Source of the DNA: an uncultured Ignavibacteriales bacterium
GTDB taxonomy: Bacteria > Zixibacteria > MSB-5A5 > GN15 > FEB-12
Reading direction: 5' to 3'
NCBI GenBank assembly: GCA_964544635.1
Contig: CAZJCK010000004.1
Span: 1,790-65,789 of the forward strand
Length of the DNA: 64,000 nucleotides
A model generated the notes under the pieces. That model had not been told where the DNA came from. It saw nothing but the letters and a program-made list of their open reading frames with translations, and searched no databases. Made by a program: the position numbers and the translations under genes. Positions 9,041 through 18,878 of this stretch are shown piece by piece. Numbering within the stretch: position 1 is the first letter of the stretch; each line of letters begins with the position of its first letter.

Positions 9041-10653
9041 GCTTGACCGGGCGCATTCGAATCAGCCTGCTGCTGGCGGCGCTGGCTCCGCCGCTGTTGG
9101 TGATGCTGTCGCTATATGTCTGGGTTGACTCGCGCACGCAAATGCAGCGTCGACAAGCAGCGGCCGAAGCCGTGGAGCGATTCAGCAGCTACCTGAGCCA
9201 GTGGCAACAGCAGACCGACCATGCCGCTGCCGACCTGGCGGCGTCGCGTTCGGTCAGCCGTGCCGTCGCACTCCTGCAAGCGGATCGCGTGGCACCAATC
9301 GATATTTCGATCGATCGCCTGCCGCTCGACTTCGTGGAACTGGTCGACGCCGGCAATATCTGCCGCTACAGCCTGCACCGACCCGGCCTGGTCGGCGAAC
9401 GCCTGAAACTGCCACCCACCGGTACCGCAACACAACCCGATGTCCAGTACGATCTCGACGGCGCGCATGCGGCGTATACCGTGGTCGCACCGCTGCCCGA
9501 CCAATACCGTCTCTACACCGGACGCTACTTCGACAGCAGCGACATTGCCATCGCAAAACAGCTTCTCGATGCACCGGTCATCCTGTCGTGGAGCGGTGAT
9601 GCCGACGAGCCGATCAGTCGCATGGAGCCGCGGCAGGTGTATGCGGTCGACAGTGTCATGCAGTCGCTGCTGTGGGGTGGCAGTGACGCCGGCTTCTTTC
9701 TTTCGGCAACGTTTGACGGCGCCACCGAACAGCCACAGTTTGTATCCCTCTTTTACATCACGGGTATCGTAGCGCTGGCCTCGGTAGCCTTCGCCGTTTT
9801 TCTCGGTTTCTATTTCACCGGTCGCGCCAAGCGCGAAATCGACAATCTGGTGGCCGCTACCAATCGCGTCGCCGGGGGAGACTTCGCGACTCCGGTCATG
9901 GCATATGAAGAAGGAGAATTCTCGCAACTGGCCGATTCCTTCTCCGATATGATGTACCGCCTTCGCCGCGCCCAGGACAAACTGGCGGTGTCGGAGAAGA
10001 TCGCCGCCTGGCAGGCGATGGCGCGCAAGATCGCGCACGAGATAAAGAACCCGCTGTCGCCGATTGCCATCTCGGCCGACGACCTGCGGCAATCCTACCG
10101 CGAACAGCTGCCGGACTTCGAAACGACACTCCTCGACACAACCGGTACGATTAAGAATGAGGTGCGCCGCCTGACTCGCTTGCTCGACGAATTCGTCGCC
10201 TTCGCACGCATGGCGCCGCCGGACATTCAGACGGTGCCGCCGGAGGTGCTGAGTGACAACATCCTCTCGCTCTACCGCACCGAACTCGAACAAGGCCGTC
10301 TGACCGTCAAGATGACGTCGTCGCTACCTGCCATCGAGGTCGACCCCGACAGTATCCAGCGCCTGCTGGTGAACCTGATCAAGAATGGTCTTGAAGCTTC
10401 GCCAGAGAGTCACGTAAACGTAACCATGACCGATGACAGTGGCGAGGTGGTCATCACAGTCCGCGACACCGGCCCCGGCTTTCCACCAACAGTGCTGCAG
10501 GAGCAATTCGTTCCCTACATGTCGACCAAGCCGCACGGCTCCGGTCTGGGACTTGTAATTTCGCAGCGCATTGCGCATGATCACGGTGGCAGTATTGAGC
10601 TTGGCAACCATGAACAAGGAGGCGGCATCGTCACCGTGCGACTGCCGCAATAA
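9037..10653 (+). CDS. sensor histidine kinase (periplasmic domain, HAMP, HisKA, HATPase_c)
   Basis: 538-aa ORF with two TM segments flanking a periplasmic domain of about 200 aa, an H-box HEIKNPLSPI and a G2-box GSGLGLVISQRIAHDHGGSI. The GTG start overlaps the upstream TGA (GTGA). Confidence 0.9.
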   Translation: MSLTGRIRISLLLAALAPPLLVMLSLYVWVDSRTQMQRRQAAAEAVERFSSYLSQWQQQTDHAAADLAASRSVSRAVALLQADRVAPIDISIDRLPLDFVELVDAGNICRYSLHRPGLVGERLKLPPTGTATQPDVQYDLDGAHAAYTVVAPLPDQYRLYTGRYFDSSDIAIAKQLLDAPVILSWSGDADEPISRMEPRQVYAVDSVMQSLLWGGSDAGFFLSATFDGATEQPQFVSLFYITGIVALASVAFAVFLGFYFTGRAKREIDNLVAATNRVAGGDFATPVMAYEEGEFSQLADSFSDMMYRLRRAQDKLAVSEKIAAWQAMARKIAHEIKNPLSPIAISADDLRQSYREQLPDFETTLLDTTGTIKNEVRRLTRLLDEFVAFARMAPPDIQTVPPEVLSDNILSLYRTELEQGRLTVKMTSSLPAIEVDPDSIQRLLVNLIKNGLEASPESHVNVTMTDDSGEVVITVRDTGPGFPPTVLQEQFVPYMSTKPHGSGLGLVISQRIAHDHGGSIELGNHEQGGGIVTVRLPQ

Positions 10654-10658
10654 CCACT

Positions 10659-11966
10659 ATGGCGCGCATACTTGTAGTCGATGATGAAGCCAATATCCGC
10701 AGCTCCCTGAAGTCGGCGCTCGAACGGCGCGATCACCAGGTTGTGACGGCGGAATCGTTTGCCGAGGGGGAACGGTTCGCCCGGGCGCGGTTCGACCTGA
10801 TCTTCCTCGATGTCATGCTTCCCGACGGCAACGGTGTCGATCTGCTTAAGAAGATCCTTGCCGAGAAACCGGACCAGATGATAGTGATGATCTCCGGCCA
10901 CGCCGATATCGACACGGCCGTCGACGCCATCAAGGCCGGCGCGCACGACTTTATCGAGAAGCCTTTGTCGCTGGATCGGGTCATGATCACCATCGACAAC
11001 ACCACGCGCACCCGGCAACTCCGGAACGAAAACGTGCGCTTGTCGTCGCGTGTTTACCCCGATTTCATCGGAGATCATCCCTCGATTCGCAAACTCAAGG
11101 ATGCCATCAGCCAGGCGGCGCCCAAAGCGAACCGCTTCCTGATCACCGGCGAGAACGGTACCGGGAAGGAACTGGTGGCCCATGCCATACACCGGGGATC
11201 GTTGCGGGCCGACGGTCCATTCGTATCAGTGAACTGCGCGGCGCTACCGTCGGAACTGGTCGAGTCGGAACTGTTCGGCCACGTCGCCGGCGCCTTTACC
11301 GGCGCCACCCGCGATCGCAGTGGACGGTTTGTCGAGGCCGACGGCGGCACGATTTTTCTCGACGAAATCGGCGACATGCCGCCGGCGGCGCAGGCCAAGA
11401 TTCTCCGAGTTATCGAAAACGGCGAAGTCAGCCCGGTCGGATCCGACCGTACAACTACTGTCAACTGTCTTATCGTCGCCGCCACCAACCGTCCACTCAA
11501 CGAACTGGTCGAACGCGGCACATTTCGTCAGGATCTGCTCTATCGATTGAACGTTGTCGCGCTTTCGCTGCCGCCATTGCGCGAACGCAAATCCGACCTG
11601 CCGGTGCTGGCCAGCTTCTTCCTGCGTCGCTTCGCGGCCGAGTCGGGCAGCCCGGTGGTCAGCCTCAGTAGTGACGCCGTCAAGTATCTCATGGAATACT
11701 CGTTCCCCGGGAACATACGCGAGTTGCGAAACCTGATGGAGCGCGTGAGTATCTTCTGCTCCCGGGAAGTTGCCGATCTCGATGACGTCAAGCCACACCT
11801 GTCATCCGTCGCAACGGTCAAACCAACTCACCTCAAGGATGCCGTCACCCGCTTCGAGCAGGACTATATCCGGGCCGCCATTGGCCGCAACGACGGCAAC
11901 GTCACGAAAGCCGCGCGCGAACTGGGTATCGAACGGTCGCTGTTATACAAGAAACTGAAAAAGTAG
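10659..11966 (+). CDS. sigma-54-dependent response regulator (NtrC family: REC + AAA+ + Fis-type HTH)
   Basis: 435-aa ORF with a receiver domain (ILVVDDE...DLIFLDVMLPDGNG), Walker A GENGTGKE, the GAFTGA loop, ESELFGH and a C-terminal HTH ...KAARELGIERSLLYKKLKK. Confidence 0.92.
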   Translation: MARILVVDDEANIRSSLKSALERRDHQVVTAESFAEGERFARARFDLIFLDVMLPDGNGVDLLKKILAEKPDQMIVMISGHADIDTAVDAIKAGAHDFIEKPLSLDRVMITIDNTTRTRQLRNENVRLSSRVYPDFIGDHPSIRKLKDAISQAAPKANRFLITGENGTGKELVAHAIHRGSLRADGPFVSVNCAALPSELVESELFGHVAGAFTGATRDRSGRFVEADGGTIFLDEIGDMPPAAQAKILRVIENGEVSPVGSDRTTTVNCLIVAATNRPLNELVERGTFRQDLLYRLNVVALSLPPLRERKSDLPVLASFFLRRFAAESGSPVVSLSSDAVKYLMEYSFPGNIRELRNLMERVSIFCSREVADLDDVKPHLSSVATVKPTHLKDAVTRFEQDYIRAAIGRNDGNVTKAARELGIERSLLYKKLKK

Positions 11967-13064
11967 CTACCCGGTGCGCTTGCTGAAGCGCAACGCGGAG
12001 AGCGTGAAGATGGCGATGCCGTACACCGCCAGGCTGACAATATCCGGCAGCATGTCCATAAAACCGGCGTCGCGCATCATGATCGAGCGAACTATGCTCA
12101 GGAAGAAGCGCATCGGGTTGACGTAGGTGACGTATTGCAGCCACTCCGGCATGTTAGCGATCGGCGTGAAGAAGCCCGACGTCAATATCGCAAACACCGA
12201 AAAAAACCAGGCGAAAAACATCGCCTGCTGCTGGGTGGAGGTGACAGTCGAAAAGAACAGGCCGATGCCGAGGGTGGTCAGCAGGTATAGAGCCGAAAGA
12301 CTGAACAGCAGGAAAGGCGAGCCGATAAACGGCACGCTAAACCACCACACTCCCAACAGCAGCACGACAACCAGCTCGAAGAAGCCGAGCGCAGCAAACG
12401 GCAGCACTTTGCCCATCAGGAAGGCCGGCGTGGATATCGGCGTCACCATCAGTTGCTCGAGAGTACCGGCCTCGCGTTCACGTACGATGGCCATGGCGGT
12501 CAGCACGACCGTAATCATCGTCAGCAGCGTAGCGACTACGCCCGGCACCATGAAATAGACCGACTCCCCCTCGGGATTGTACAGCACCCGGTAGCTCAGT
12601 TCGACGGGACGCCGGGTACCGTAGATATCGGCAGAGTAACGCCCCACGATCTGGCCGGCATACCCGATTCCGATCGCGGCGGCATTGGCATTGGCGCCGT
12701 CGACGATCAAACCGACCCGGGGGCTTTCGCCCCTGAGCAACTGACGTTCAAACTGGTTAGGTATGATCAGCACCATCTCGGCATCGCCGGCTATGAATCT
12801 CGGCTCGTATTCGAACAGCGACTCAGGTGCATCGGTGGGAACGAAGTAAGTACCGGGCTTGAACGACTGCACGAACCGGCGCGACTGGTGGGATCGGTCG
12901 AAGTCGTACACGTCGAGGGCGATGTTCTCCACTTCGGTATTGGCGACATAGCCGAAGATGATCAGCTGTACCACCGGAATCAGGAAGATGATCCGTACCA
13001 TATTGACATCACGGAATACCTGGATAAATTCCTTGCGTATCAATCCAAAGAGCGCCCGTCTCAT
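11967..13064 (-). CDS. ABC-2 type transporter permease (YbhS/YbhR-like)
   Basis: 365-aa ORF with an N-terminal cytoplasmic segment, a large periplasmic loop and then 5 TM helices, as in the ABC-2 family. The ATG overlaps the upstream stop (ATGA). Confidence 0.85.
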   Translation of the reverse strand: MRRALFGLIRKEFIQVFRDVNMVRIIFLIPVVQLIIFGYVANTEVENIALDVYDFDRSHQSRRFVQSFKPGTYFVPTDAPESLFEYEPRFIAGDAEMVLIIPNQFERQLLRGESPRVGLIVDGANANAAAIGIGYAGQIVGRYSADIYGTRRPVELSYRVLYNPEGESVYFMVPGVVATLLTMITVVLTAMAIVREREAGTLEQLMVTPISTPAFLMGKVLPFAALGFFELVVVLLLGVWWFSVPFIGSPFLLFSLSALYLLTTLGIGLFFSTVTSTQQQAMFFAWFFSVFAILTSGFFTPIANMPEWLQYVTYVNPMRFFLSIVRSIMMRDAGFMDMLPDIVSLAVYGIAIFTLSALRFSKRTG

Positions 13065-14170
13065 GAACTCATCCCCGTCTTGAATTGTCGCACCGCAATG
13101 CCGAGCAGCACTACCGTGAGCGCCGAGAGCAGAAAAGCCTGATCAAGCAGGGCGGTCAGCCCGGCTCCCTTGAGCATGATACCACGGATAATTGTCAGGA
13201 AGTACCGCGCCGGCACCATGTAGCTGAGGGCCTGCAGCGCGAACGGCATGTTCTTGAGTGCGAAGATCAAATCCGACAGCATGATTGACGGCAGCATGGT
13301 CGACATGAGGGTGAGCATCATCGCCACCTGCTGTGTGCGCACCAGCGTCGAAATCAGCACGCCGATCGACAACGACGTGATGATATACAGGAAACCAAAG
13401 CCCAAAAGCACGAACATGCTGCCGACAAACGGTACGTCGAACAGCAGCTTGGCGAATACCAGTACCAGGATACCATCGACCAGCGCCAGGCCGGCATAGG
13501 GAATGAGCTTGCCTATTATGATCTGGGCCGGTCGCACCGGAGCGGTCAGCAGCTGTTCCATCGTGCCGGTTTCCTTCTCCCGGGCGATGGTTATCGATGT
13601 CAGCAGCGCCGAGATCATCATGAGTATGACCGCGACCAGCCCGGGCACGAAAAAGACAGGCGACTCCAGGTCGGGATTGTACAGCACCTGGACCGACAAC
13701 TCGACTGAAGGCGGCTGTTGCACCGGGGCAAAGCGCTCGCGCAGGTACATGCCGAGCACGCCGTCGGCATAGCCGCGCAGGGCGGCGGCGGTATTGTTGT
13801 CGGCGCCGTCGATAATCAGGCCGACACGCACAGGCCGGCCGGTGCGGAGCGCCGCCGCAAAGCCCTGCTTGATCACCAGCACGCCATTGGCGTCGCCACG
13901 GCGCAGGCTCCGTTCCGGATCGAGATGGTCCAGCGGTTCCTCCGGCATATGGAAGTACGTACTGGCGTAGAACTGGTCGGCCAGGTCGCGCGACTCCCGC
14001 GAGTTGTCGCGATCGACCGTCGCCAGCACCAGGTGCTCGACATCCATGTTGATGGCGTAGCCGAACAGAAAGGTCATCAGTATCGGCATAACGATGATGA
14101 TCGTCAGCGACCGCGGATCACGCATGATGTGATAGAATTCCTTGCGCGCGATAAAACCGAGCTTACGCAT
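13061..14170 (-). CDS. ABC-2 type transporter permease (YbhS/YbhR-like)
   Basis: 369-aa paralogue of the downstream permease with the same architecture. It overlaps the upstream ATPase gene by 8 nt. Confidence 0.85.
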   Translation of the reverse strand: MRKLGFIARKEFYHIMRDPRSLTIIIVMPILMTFLFGYAINMDVEHLVLATVDRDNSRESRDLADQFYASTYFHMPEEPLDHLDPERSLRRGDANGVLVIKQGFAAALRTGRPVRVGLIIDGADNNTAAALRGYADGVLGMYLRERFAPVQQPPSVELSVQVLYNPDLESPVFFVPGLVAVILMMISALLTSITIAREKETGTMEQLLTAPVRPAQIIIGKLIPYAGLALVDGILVLVFAKLLFDVPFVGSMFVLLGFGFLYIITSLSIGVLISTLVRTQQVAMMLTLMSTMLPSIMLSDLIFALKNMPFALQALSYMVPARYFLTIIRGIMLKGAGLTALLDQAFLLSALTVVLLGIAVRQFKTGMSS

Positions 14171-14906
14171 CGATGCTCTCCCGACCCTGGATCAGGTCGA
14201 CGAACAACTCTTCGAGATTGGCCGCACCGTGCTCCTCCACTAATTCGTGTGGCCGACCAAGCGTGATGATCCGTCCCTGGTGCATGATCGAGATGCGGCC
14301 GCAAAACTCCGCTTCGTCCATGTAGTGGGTGGTGACAAAGATGGTGATGCCGCTGTCGACCAGTGAGTAGAGTATGTTCCAGAAGCGACGTCGATAAATC
14401 GGGTCGACCCCTCCGGTCGGCTCGTCGAGGAAGATGATCCTCGGCTCGTGGAGCAGCGCCGCCGACAGGGCGAGGCGTTGACGCCAGCCGGTGGGCAGCG
14501 AGATGGTCTTGCGATCCAGGAATTCCGTCAGGGTCAACTGCTCGGTCAGTTCTTCAATCCGCCGCTTGACGCGTTTCTTATCGAGGTTGTAGGCAGCGCC
14601 GTAGAAACTCAGGTTCTCGCGCCCGGTCAGGTCGGGATACAGCGAGAACCTCTGCGACATGTACCCGATGCGGTGCTTGATCGCTTCCGATTGGGTATTG
14701 ATATCCAACCCCGCAACTGTGCCACCGCCCTCGCTGGGCAACAAGAGGCCGGTCATCATTCGAATGGCCGTGGTCTTGCCGGCGCCGTTGGCGCCGAGAA
14801 AGCCGAAGATCTCGCCACCTTCGACCGTCAGCGAGATACTGTCGACCGCCGTAAAGTCGCCGAAGCGACGCGTCAGGTTCTCAATCTGTACCGCTGCCTC
14901 GCTCAT
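14163..14906 (-). CDS. ABC transporter ATP-binding protein
   Basis: 247-aa ORF with Walker A GANGAGKTT, signature LPTGWRQRL and Walker B IIFLDEPT. Confidence 0.9.
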   Translation of the reverse strand: MSEAAVQIENLTRRFGDFTAVDSISLTVEGGEIFGFLGANGAGKTTAIRMMTGLLLPSEGGGTVAGLDINTQSEAIKHRIGYMSQRFSLYPDLTGRENLSFYGAAYNLDKKRVKRRIEELTEQLTLTEFLDRKTISLPTGWRQRLALSAALLHEPRIIFLDEPTGGVDPIYRRRFWNILYSLVDSGITIFVTTHYMDEAEFCGRISIMHQGRIITLGRPHELVEEHGAANLEELFVDLIQGRESIDA

Positions 14907-15817
14907 GCCCGGCGCTCCATCAATTGAATGAAGCAGTCCTCGAGATCAGGTTCGATCGGTTTGAGCCTGTCAGGATCCACACCGGCCGCCTGCAACTGTT
15001 CACTGAACGCTGTCGGCTTTTCGCCCCCGGGAATGGTCAGGTGCAGACCGGCGCCAAAACGTCGCGCCTCCAGCCGCTCAATACCTTGCAGTTGTTTCAT
15101 CTGGTCGGCCGAGGGCGTGATGGCGACAAAGAAAATCTGCCCTTCATACAAATCGCGCAGTTCGTCCGGCGTTCCTTCGGCCAGCTTGCGACCGTCGAAA
15201 ACAAAGCAGGCTCGGTCGGCACGGGCTACCTCATCCATGTACGGCGTACTGACCAGGACGGTAACACCACGTTCCCGAAAGGTCTTGAGTATTTCCCAGA
15301 ACTGACGTCGCGACACCGGGTCGACACCCGTGGTCGGTTCGTCGAGTACCAGCAACTCCGGGTTGTGCATCAGGGCGCACGAGAGCGCCAGCTTCTGCTT
15401 CATCCCCCCCGACAGGGCGCCGGCGCGACGGTCGTGAAACGGGGCCAGTCGCGAGAACTGGTACATTTCGTCACGCTTGCGACGGTACTCGCGGCCGGTG
15501 ATACCGTAGATGCCGGCAGAAAAGATGAGGTTCTCCTCGACCGTCAGGTCCGGATACAGCGAGAATACCTGCGGCATGTAGCCGAGGCGCGACTTGAAGG
15601 CTTCAAAGCCATGGCTGATGTCGCTGCCGTTGAGCAGGAGTCGCCCGCTGTCCGGCCGGATGAGGTTACAAACGCAGCGTATGAAACTCGTCTTGCCCGC
15701 ACCGTCAGGACCAACCAGCGCCATGATCTCGGCCGGCGGTATGGCAAGCGAGAAGTCGGTGAGCGCTTCAACCGACTGGTAGCGCTTGGTCACACTCTGT
15801 GCTTCGATAAAACTCAT
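14903..15817 (-). CDS. ABC transporter ATP-binding protein
   Basis: 304-aa ORF with Walker A GPDGAGKTS, signature LSGGMKQKL and Walker B LLVLDEPT. Confidence 0.9.
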   Translation of the reverse strand: MSFIEAQSVTKRYQSVEALTDFSLAIPPAEIMALVGPDGAGKTSFIRCVCNLIRPDSGRLLLNGSDISHGFEAFKSRLGYMPQVFSLYPDLTVEENLIFSAGIYGITGREYRRKRDEMYQFSRLAPFHDRRAGALSGGMKQKLALSCALMHNPELLVLDEPTTGVDPVSRRQFWEILKTFRERGVTVLVSTPYMDEVARADRACFVFDGRKLAEGTPDELRDLYEGQIFFVAITPSADQMKQLQGIERLEARRFGAGLHLTIPGGEKPTAFSEQLQAAGVDPDRLKPIEPDLEDCFIQLMERRA

Positions 15818-16698
15818 TGCGAATACAACGTTACATACACCGGCATGCCGATTTTCAAGTTACCGTCGGTATTGGGAATCTCGACCTTGACCGCAAACAC
15901 CAGGTTGGCGCGGGTTTTGGCTGTCTGTACATTCTTGGGCGTAAACTCCGCCTCCTGGCTGGTCCAGACGACTCGCCCCGAATAGACCGTACCTCCGGAC
16001 TCGGTGTCAACCGAGGCCGAGTCGCCCACCGACACCGAGGCAAACTTGCCGGTCGGCAGGTAGACTTCAACTTCCATCGTATCCAGGCGGGCTACTTTGA
16101 CAATAGGACGCCCCAGCGACAACAGTTCGCCGATCTCGACGAAGCTCTCGGTGATGCGTCCGGCCATCGGAGCGACCGGCGTGCAGTCATCGAGCTGTTG
16201 CTGCAGGTTGGCAATGTCCGCAGCGAGTCGTTCAATCTCAGCTTCGAGCGCCGCGATATTGGCCGTTGCCGCCGGTACCGCTATCAATGCCTGGGTATGT
16301 TCATGGTCGGCACGGTCGAGTTGCTGCTCGGTAGCGGTGCCGGAAGCTCTCAGCTTTTCGATGCGAGCCAGCTCGGTTGCCATAAACGAGACCTGCTCCT
16401 GTGCCCGGCGACGCTCCGTTTCAGCGGCGTTGCGCCTGGCCTTAGCTGCGGTCAAACCGGCGCGGGCGGCATCGAGCTGCAACGCCACGCGGGTGGTGTC
16501 GATCAGTACCAGGGTATCACCCGGCCCGACACTGCTGCCTTCGTCGACATACCTGGCCAGCACCCGGCCCGACGTTTCCGCCGATATGATCGACTCGGTC
16601 GATTCGATCAGCCCGGAGCCGCCCGGTAGTTCAGCTTCGTCGCCGCAACCGCCGATCAGCAACAGAGCGCCGACTGCCGCCTGGAGTAATCTCTTCAT
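15814..16698 (-). CDS. HlyD-family membrane-fusion (periplasmic adaptor) protein
   Basis: 294-aa ORF with a lipoprotein-like signal (LLLIGGCG), a coiled-coil hairpin and beta-barrel segments typical of YbhG/HlyD adaptors. Confidence 0.85.
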   Translation of the reverse strand: MKRLLQAAVGALLLIGGCGDEAELPGGSGLIESTESIISAETSGRVLARYVDEGSSVGPGDTLVLIDTTRVALQLDAARAGLTAAKARRNAAETERRRAQEQVSFMATELARIEKLRASGTATEQQLDRADHEHTQALIAVPAATANIAALEAEIERLAADIANLQQQLDDCTPVAPMAGRITESFVEIGELLSLGRPIVKVARLDTMEVEVYLPTGKFASVSVGDSASVDTESGGTVYSGRVVWTSQEAEFTPKNVQTAKTRANLVFAVKVEIPNTDGNLKIGMPVYVTLYSQ

Positions 16699-16699
16699 A

Positions 16700-18010
16700 T
16701 TACATGCCCTCGTTCAATTGTTCCGATCCAATGGCGAACCAGTAGGCTGATTGCGCCTGGTAGAAGCCGGCCAGCGCCATCGCCAGGTTGGCCTCGGCCT
16801 CGCTCAGCGAGGTTTCTATTTCCAGCAAACGATTGGTCGACAGGGCGCCGTCGCGATGGCGCTGCTGCGACAGACGGTAGTTGTCGCGGGTGAGCGCAAC
16901 CTCGCGCTCGGCAATAGTATAGCGCTCCCGGGCCAGGCTCAGTTGCTCTCGCGCCAGGCGGGCTTGTTCGTCGAGACGTTCAGCGGTGTGGTCGCGCTCG
17001 TGCCGGGTAGCGTCGAAGCGGCGTTGCGCCGCGTTTACCTCCGAAGCGGTCTTGTTGCCCAGGTTGAAGGACCAGGTCAGGCGAGCGCCAACCGTAAAGT
17101 GATCGTTCCAGGTGTTCTCGAACAGGTCGATGTTCGGCTTGCCGTAGTGGTAGCCGCCGGTCACCGACAAACTCGGCAGGTAACCCGATTTGGACAGCCC
17201 GACGGTCGCCCGTTGGACACCCAGCATGGCATTGGCCGCGCGCAACTCCGGTTTGCTCGTGTCGACCTGAACCAGCAACGATGCCACCCGGGCCGGTGGC
17301 GCCGGCTCGTCTGACGGTGTGATCGCTTCCGATGGATCGCGTCCAAGCAGAATCGCCAGTTCAATCGAGGCCTGGCGAAGCTCGATCTCTGCTTCCCGAA
17401 CACGCAGGTTGGCGCGATTGACGGTGTACGCGACTTCGAGCAGATCGACCGAATCGGCCACGCCGCCCTCGAACATGGCGGTGACATCGTCCCGGACGAT
17501 TTCAGCGCGCCGTTTCCCTGCCTCCGCCGCCGCCAGTTCGCGCCGTGCCCGCAGCAGCGAGAAGTAGGCCAGGCGGGTCGAGAGTATGACCTGATCGGTG
17601 GTGGCATCGCGGATGGCCGCCTGGTATGTCGCCAGTGAAGCCGCCCGATCTATTCCGCCCGAAATGCGGCCGCCGGTGTAAACCGGCAGGCTAACCAGGG
17701 CACTGAACTGGTACTGTTCCTTGCTGCCAAGTTCACGCCGGATACCGGGCGCTCCGGGAAAAGTCAGCTGGAGATCCGCGATCTCGCTCTGATAGTTGGC
17801 CATTGCCTCCGCACTCAAGGTGGGGAAACGGTTCTTCTCGGCCGCCAAAAGATCAGCCGTCGCCGCCCGGTGCTCAGCCTCCGCTTTCCTGAGGTGAAAT
17901 GAATGGGCGCGAGCTTCGGCAATCGCCTCGGCCAGCGTCAGCGGCGCAGCACCAACCGAGGCCGCCAGCGCCGAAATCAGGATGACAGTTACAGCAACGT
18001 GCATTCTCAT
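16700..18010 (-). CDS. TolC-family outer-membrane efflux protein
   Basis: 436-aa ORF with a signal peptide and two repeated OEP-type halves (LTLAEAIAEA..., coiled-coil rich). Confidence 0.85.
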   Translation of the reverse strand: MRMHVAVTVILISALAASVGAAPLTLAEAIAEARAHSFHLRKAEAEHRAATADLLAAEKNRFPTLSAEAMANYQSEIADLQLTFPGAPGIRRELGSKEQYQFSALVSLPVYTGGRISGGIDRAASLATYQAAIRDATTDQVILSTRLAYFSLLRARRELAAAEAGKRRAEIVRDDVTAMFEGGVADSVDLLEVAYTVNRANLRVREAEIELRQASIELAILLGRDPSEAITPSDEPAPPARVASLLVQVDTSKPELRAANAMLGVQRATVGLSKSGYLPSLSVTGGYHYGKPNIDLFENTWNDHFTVGARLTWSFNLGNKTASEVNAAQRRFDATRHERDHTAERLDEQARLAREQLSLARERYTIAEREVALTRDNYRLSQQRHRDGALSTNRLLEIETSLSEAEANLAMALAGFYQAQSAYWFAIGSEQLNEGM

Positions 18011-18645
18011 CGTGGCAATACTCCGTTGAGAAAGAGGTCGACCACCACTTCGGGACGGTCGGCAGTGAACTTGTCGGGATCCTTTATGTCAAGCGCCTGG
18101 TGCAGAATCGGCGCAAGCATGAAGTAGCCGATATGCATGGCGATGAACGAGCAGATCGTGTGCTTGGCCCTCACATCACGTAACTCACCCGCGGCCCGAC
18201 CACTCTTGATGCGATCCATGATCATGCCGGGGAGACCGGTACTGCTGATCATTTCGGCAGCAGTATTGATGATGTCGCTCTTCGGATTGGCCAGCTCGCG
18301 CATGAGGAGCTGGAAGATTTTCGGACGGTCGGCGGCGATATTGGCATATACCTGCGCCATCGCCGTCAAAAGCTCGGGGAGGCTCTTGTCGGGATCGAGT
18401 CGGCTGTGAACATCGGCCGTCGCTTTCTCGAAATGGTCCTGTACCACCCGGCGGTAGAGATTCTCCTTCGAAGAAAAGTGATAGTAGATCATTGCCTTGT
18501 TGACGCTGGCACGTTCGGCAATGCGGTCGACCCGTGCCCCGGCCAGGCCGAACTCCGCAAACTCGATGAGGGCGGCACGAATAATCCGGTCGTACGTGGC
18601 CTGGGGCGGGCTATTGGTCTGCTTGCCTTCCGGCATATTAACCAT
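18007..18645 (-). CDS. TetR/AcrR-family transcriptional regulator
   Basis: 212-aa ORF with an N-terminal HTH ...IIRAALIEFAEFGLAGARVDRIAERASVNKAMIYYHFSSKENLY. The stop overlaps the TolC start (ATGA), so this is the first gene of the efflux operon. Confidence 0.85.
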   Translation of the reverse strand: MVNMPEGKQTNSPPQATYDRIIRAALIEFAEFGLAGARVDRIAERASVNKAMIYYHFSSKENLYRRVVQDHFEKATADVHSRLDPDKSLPELLTAMAQVYANIAADRPKIFQLLMRELANPKSDIINTAAEMISSTGLPGMIMDRIKSGRAAGELRDVRAKHTICSFIAMHIGYFMLAPILHQALDIKDPDKFTADRPEVVVDLFLNGVLPR

Positions 18646-18654
18646 CCATTCAGT

Positions 18655-18701
18655 TTAACTAACTATACGGTTAATATATCGGCAATGCTTATCCCAATCA
18701 A
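18655..18701 (-). promoter_or_regulatory. candidate sigma-70-type promoter plus operator of the TetR-efflux operon
   Basis: The minus strand reads TTGATT (18701-18696), a 17-nt spacer, then TATATT (18678-18673). An inverted repeat TTAAC-N10-GTTAA (18655-18674) overlaps the -10 and start region, a typical position for a TetR operator. Confidence 0.4.
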
Positions 18702-18878
18702 CCCATTTTTTTTCAGTTATCCACAGAAACTCAACCCAAGAGCAGCCATCAAGAGTACGCTAAAATACGCTACACCACAGCCAACGTCAGCAACTGCGCA
18801 AAAACTTGACAAAATTGAGCCCTGAAGCGACAAGTCATAGTGTGACGTAGTTTCGCTGTGACAGACCTGTCCTGGCAG

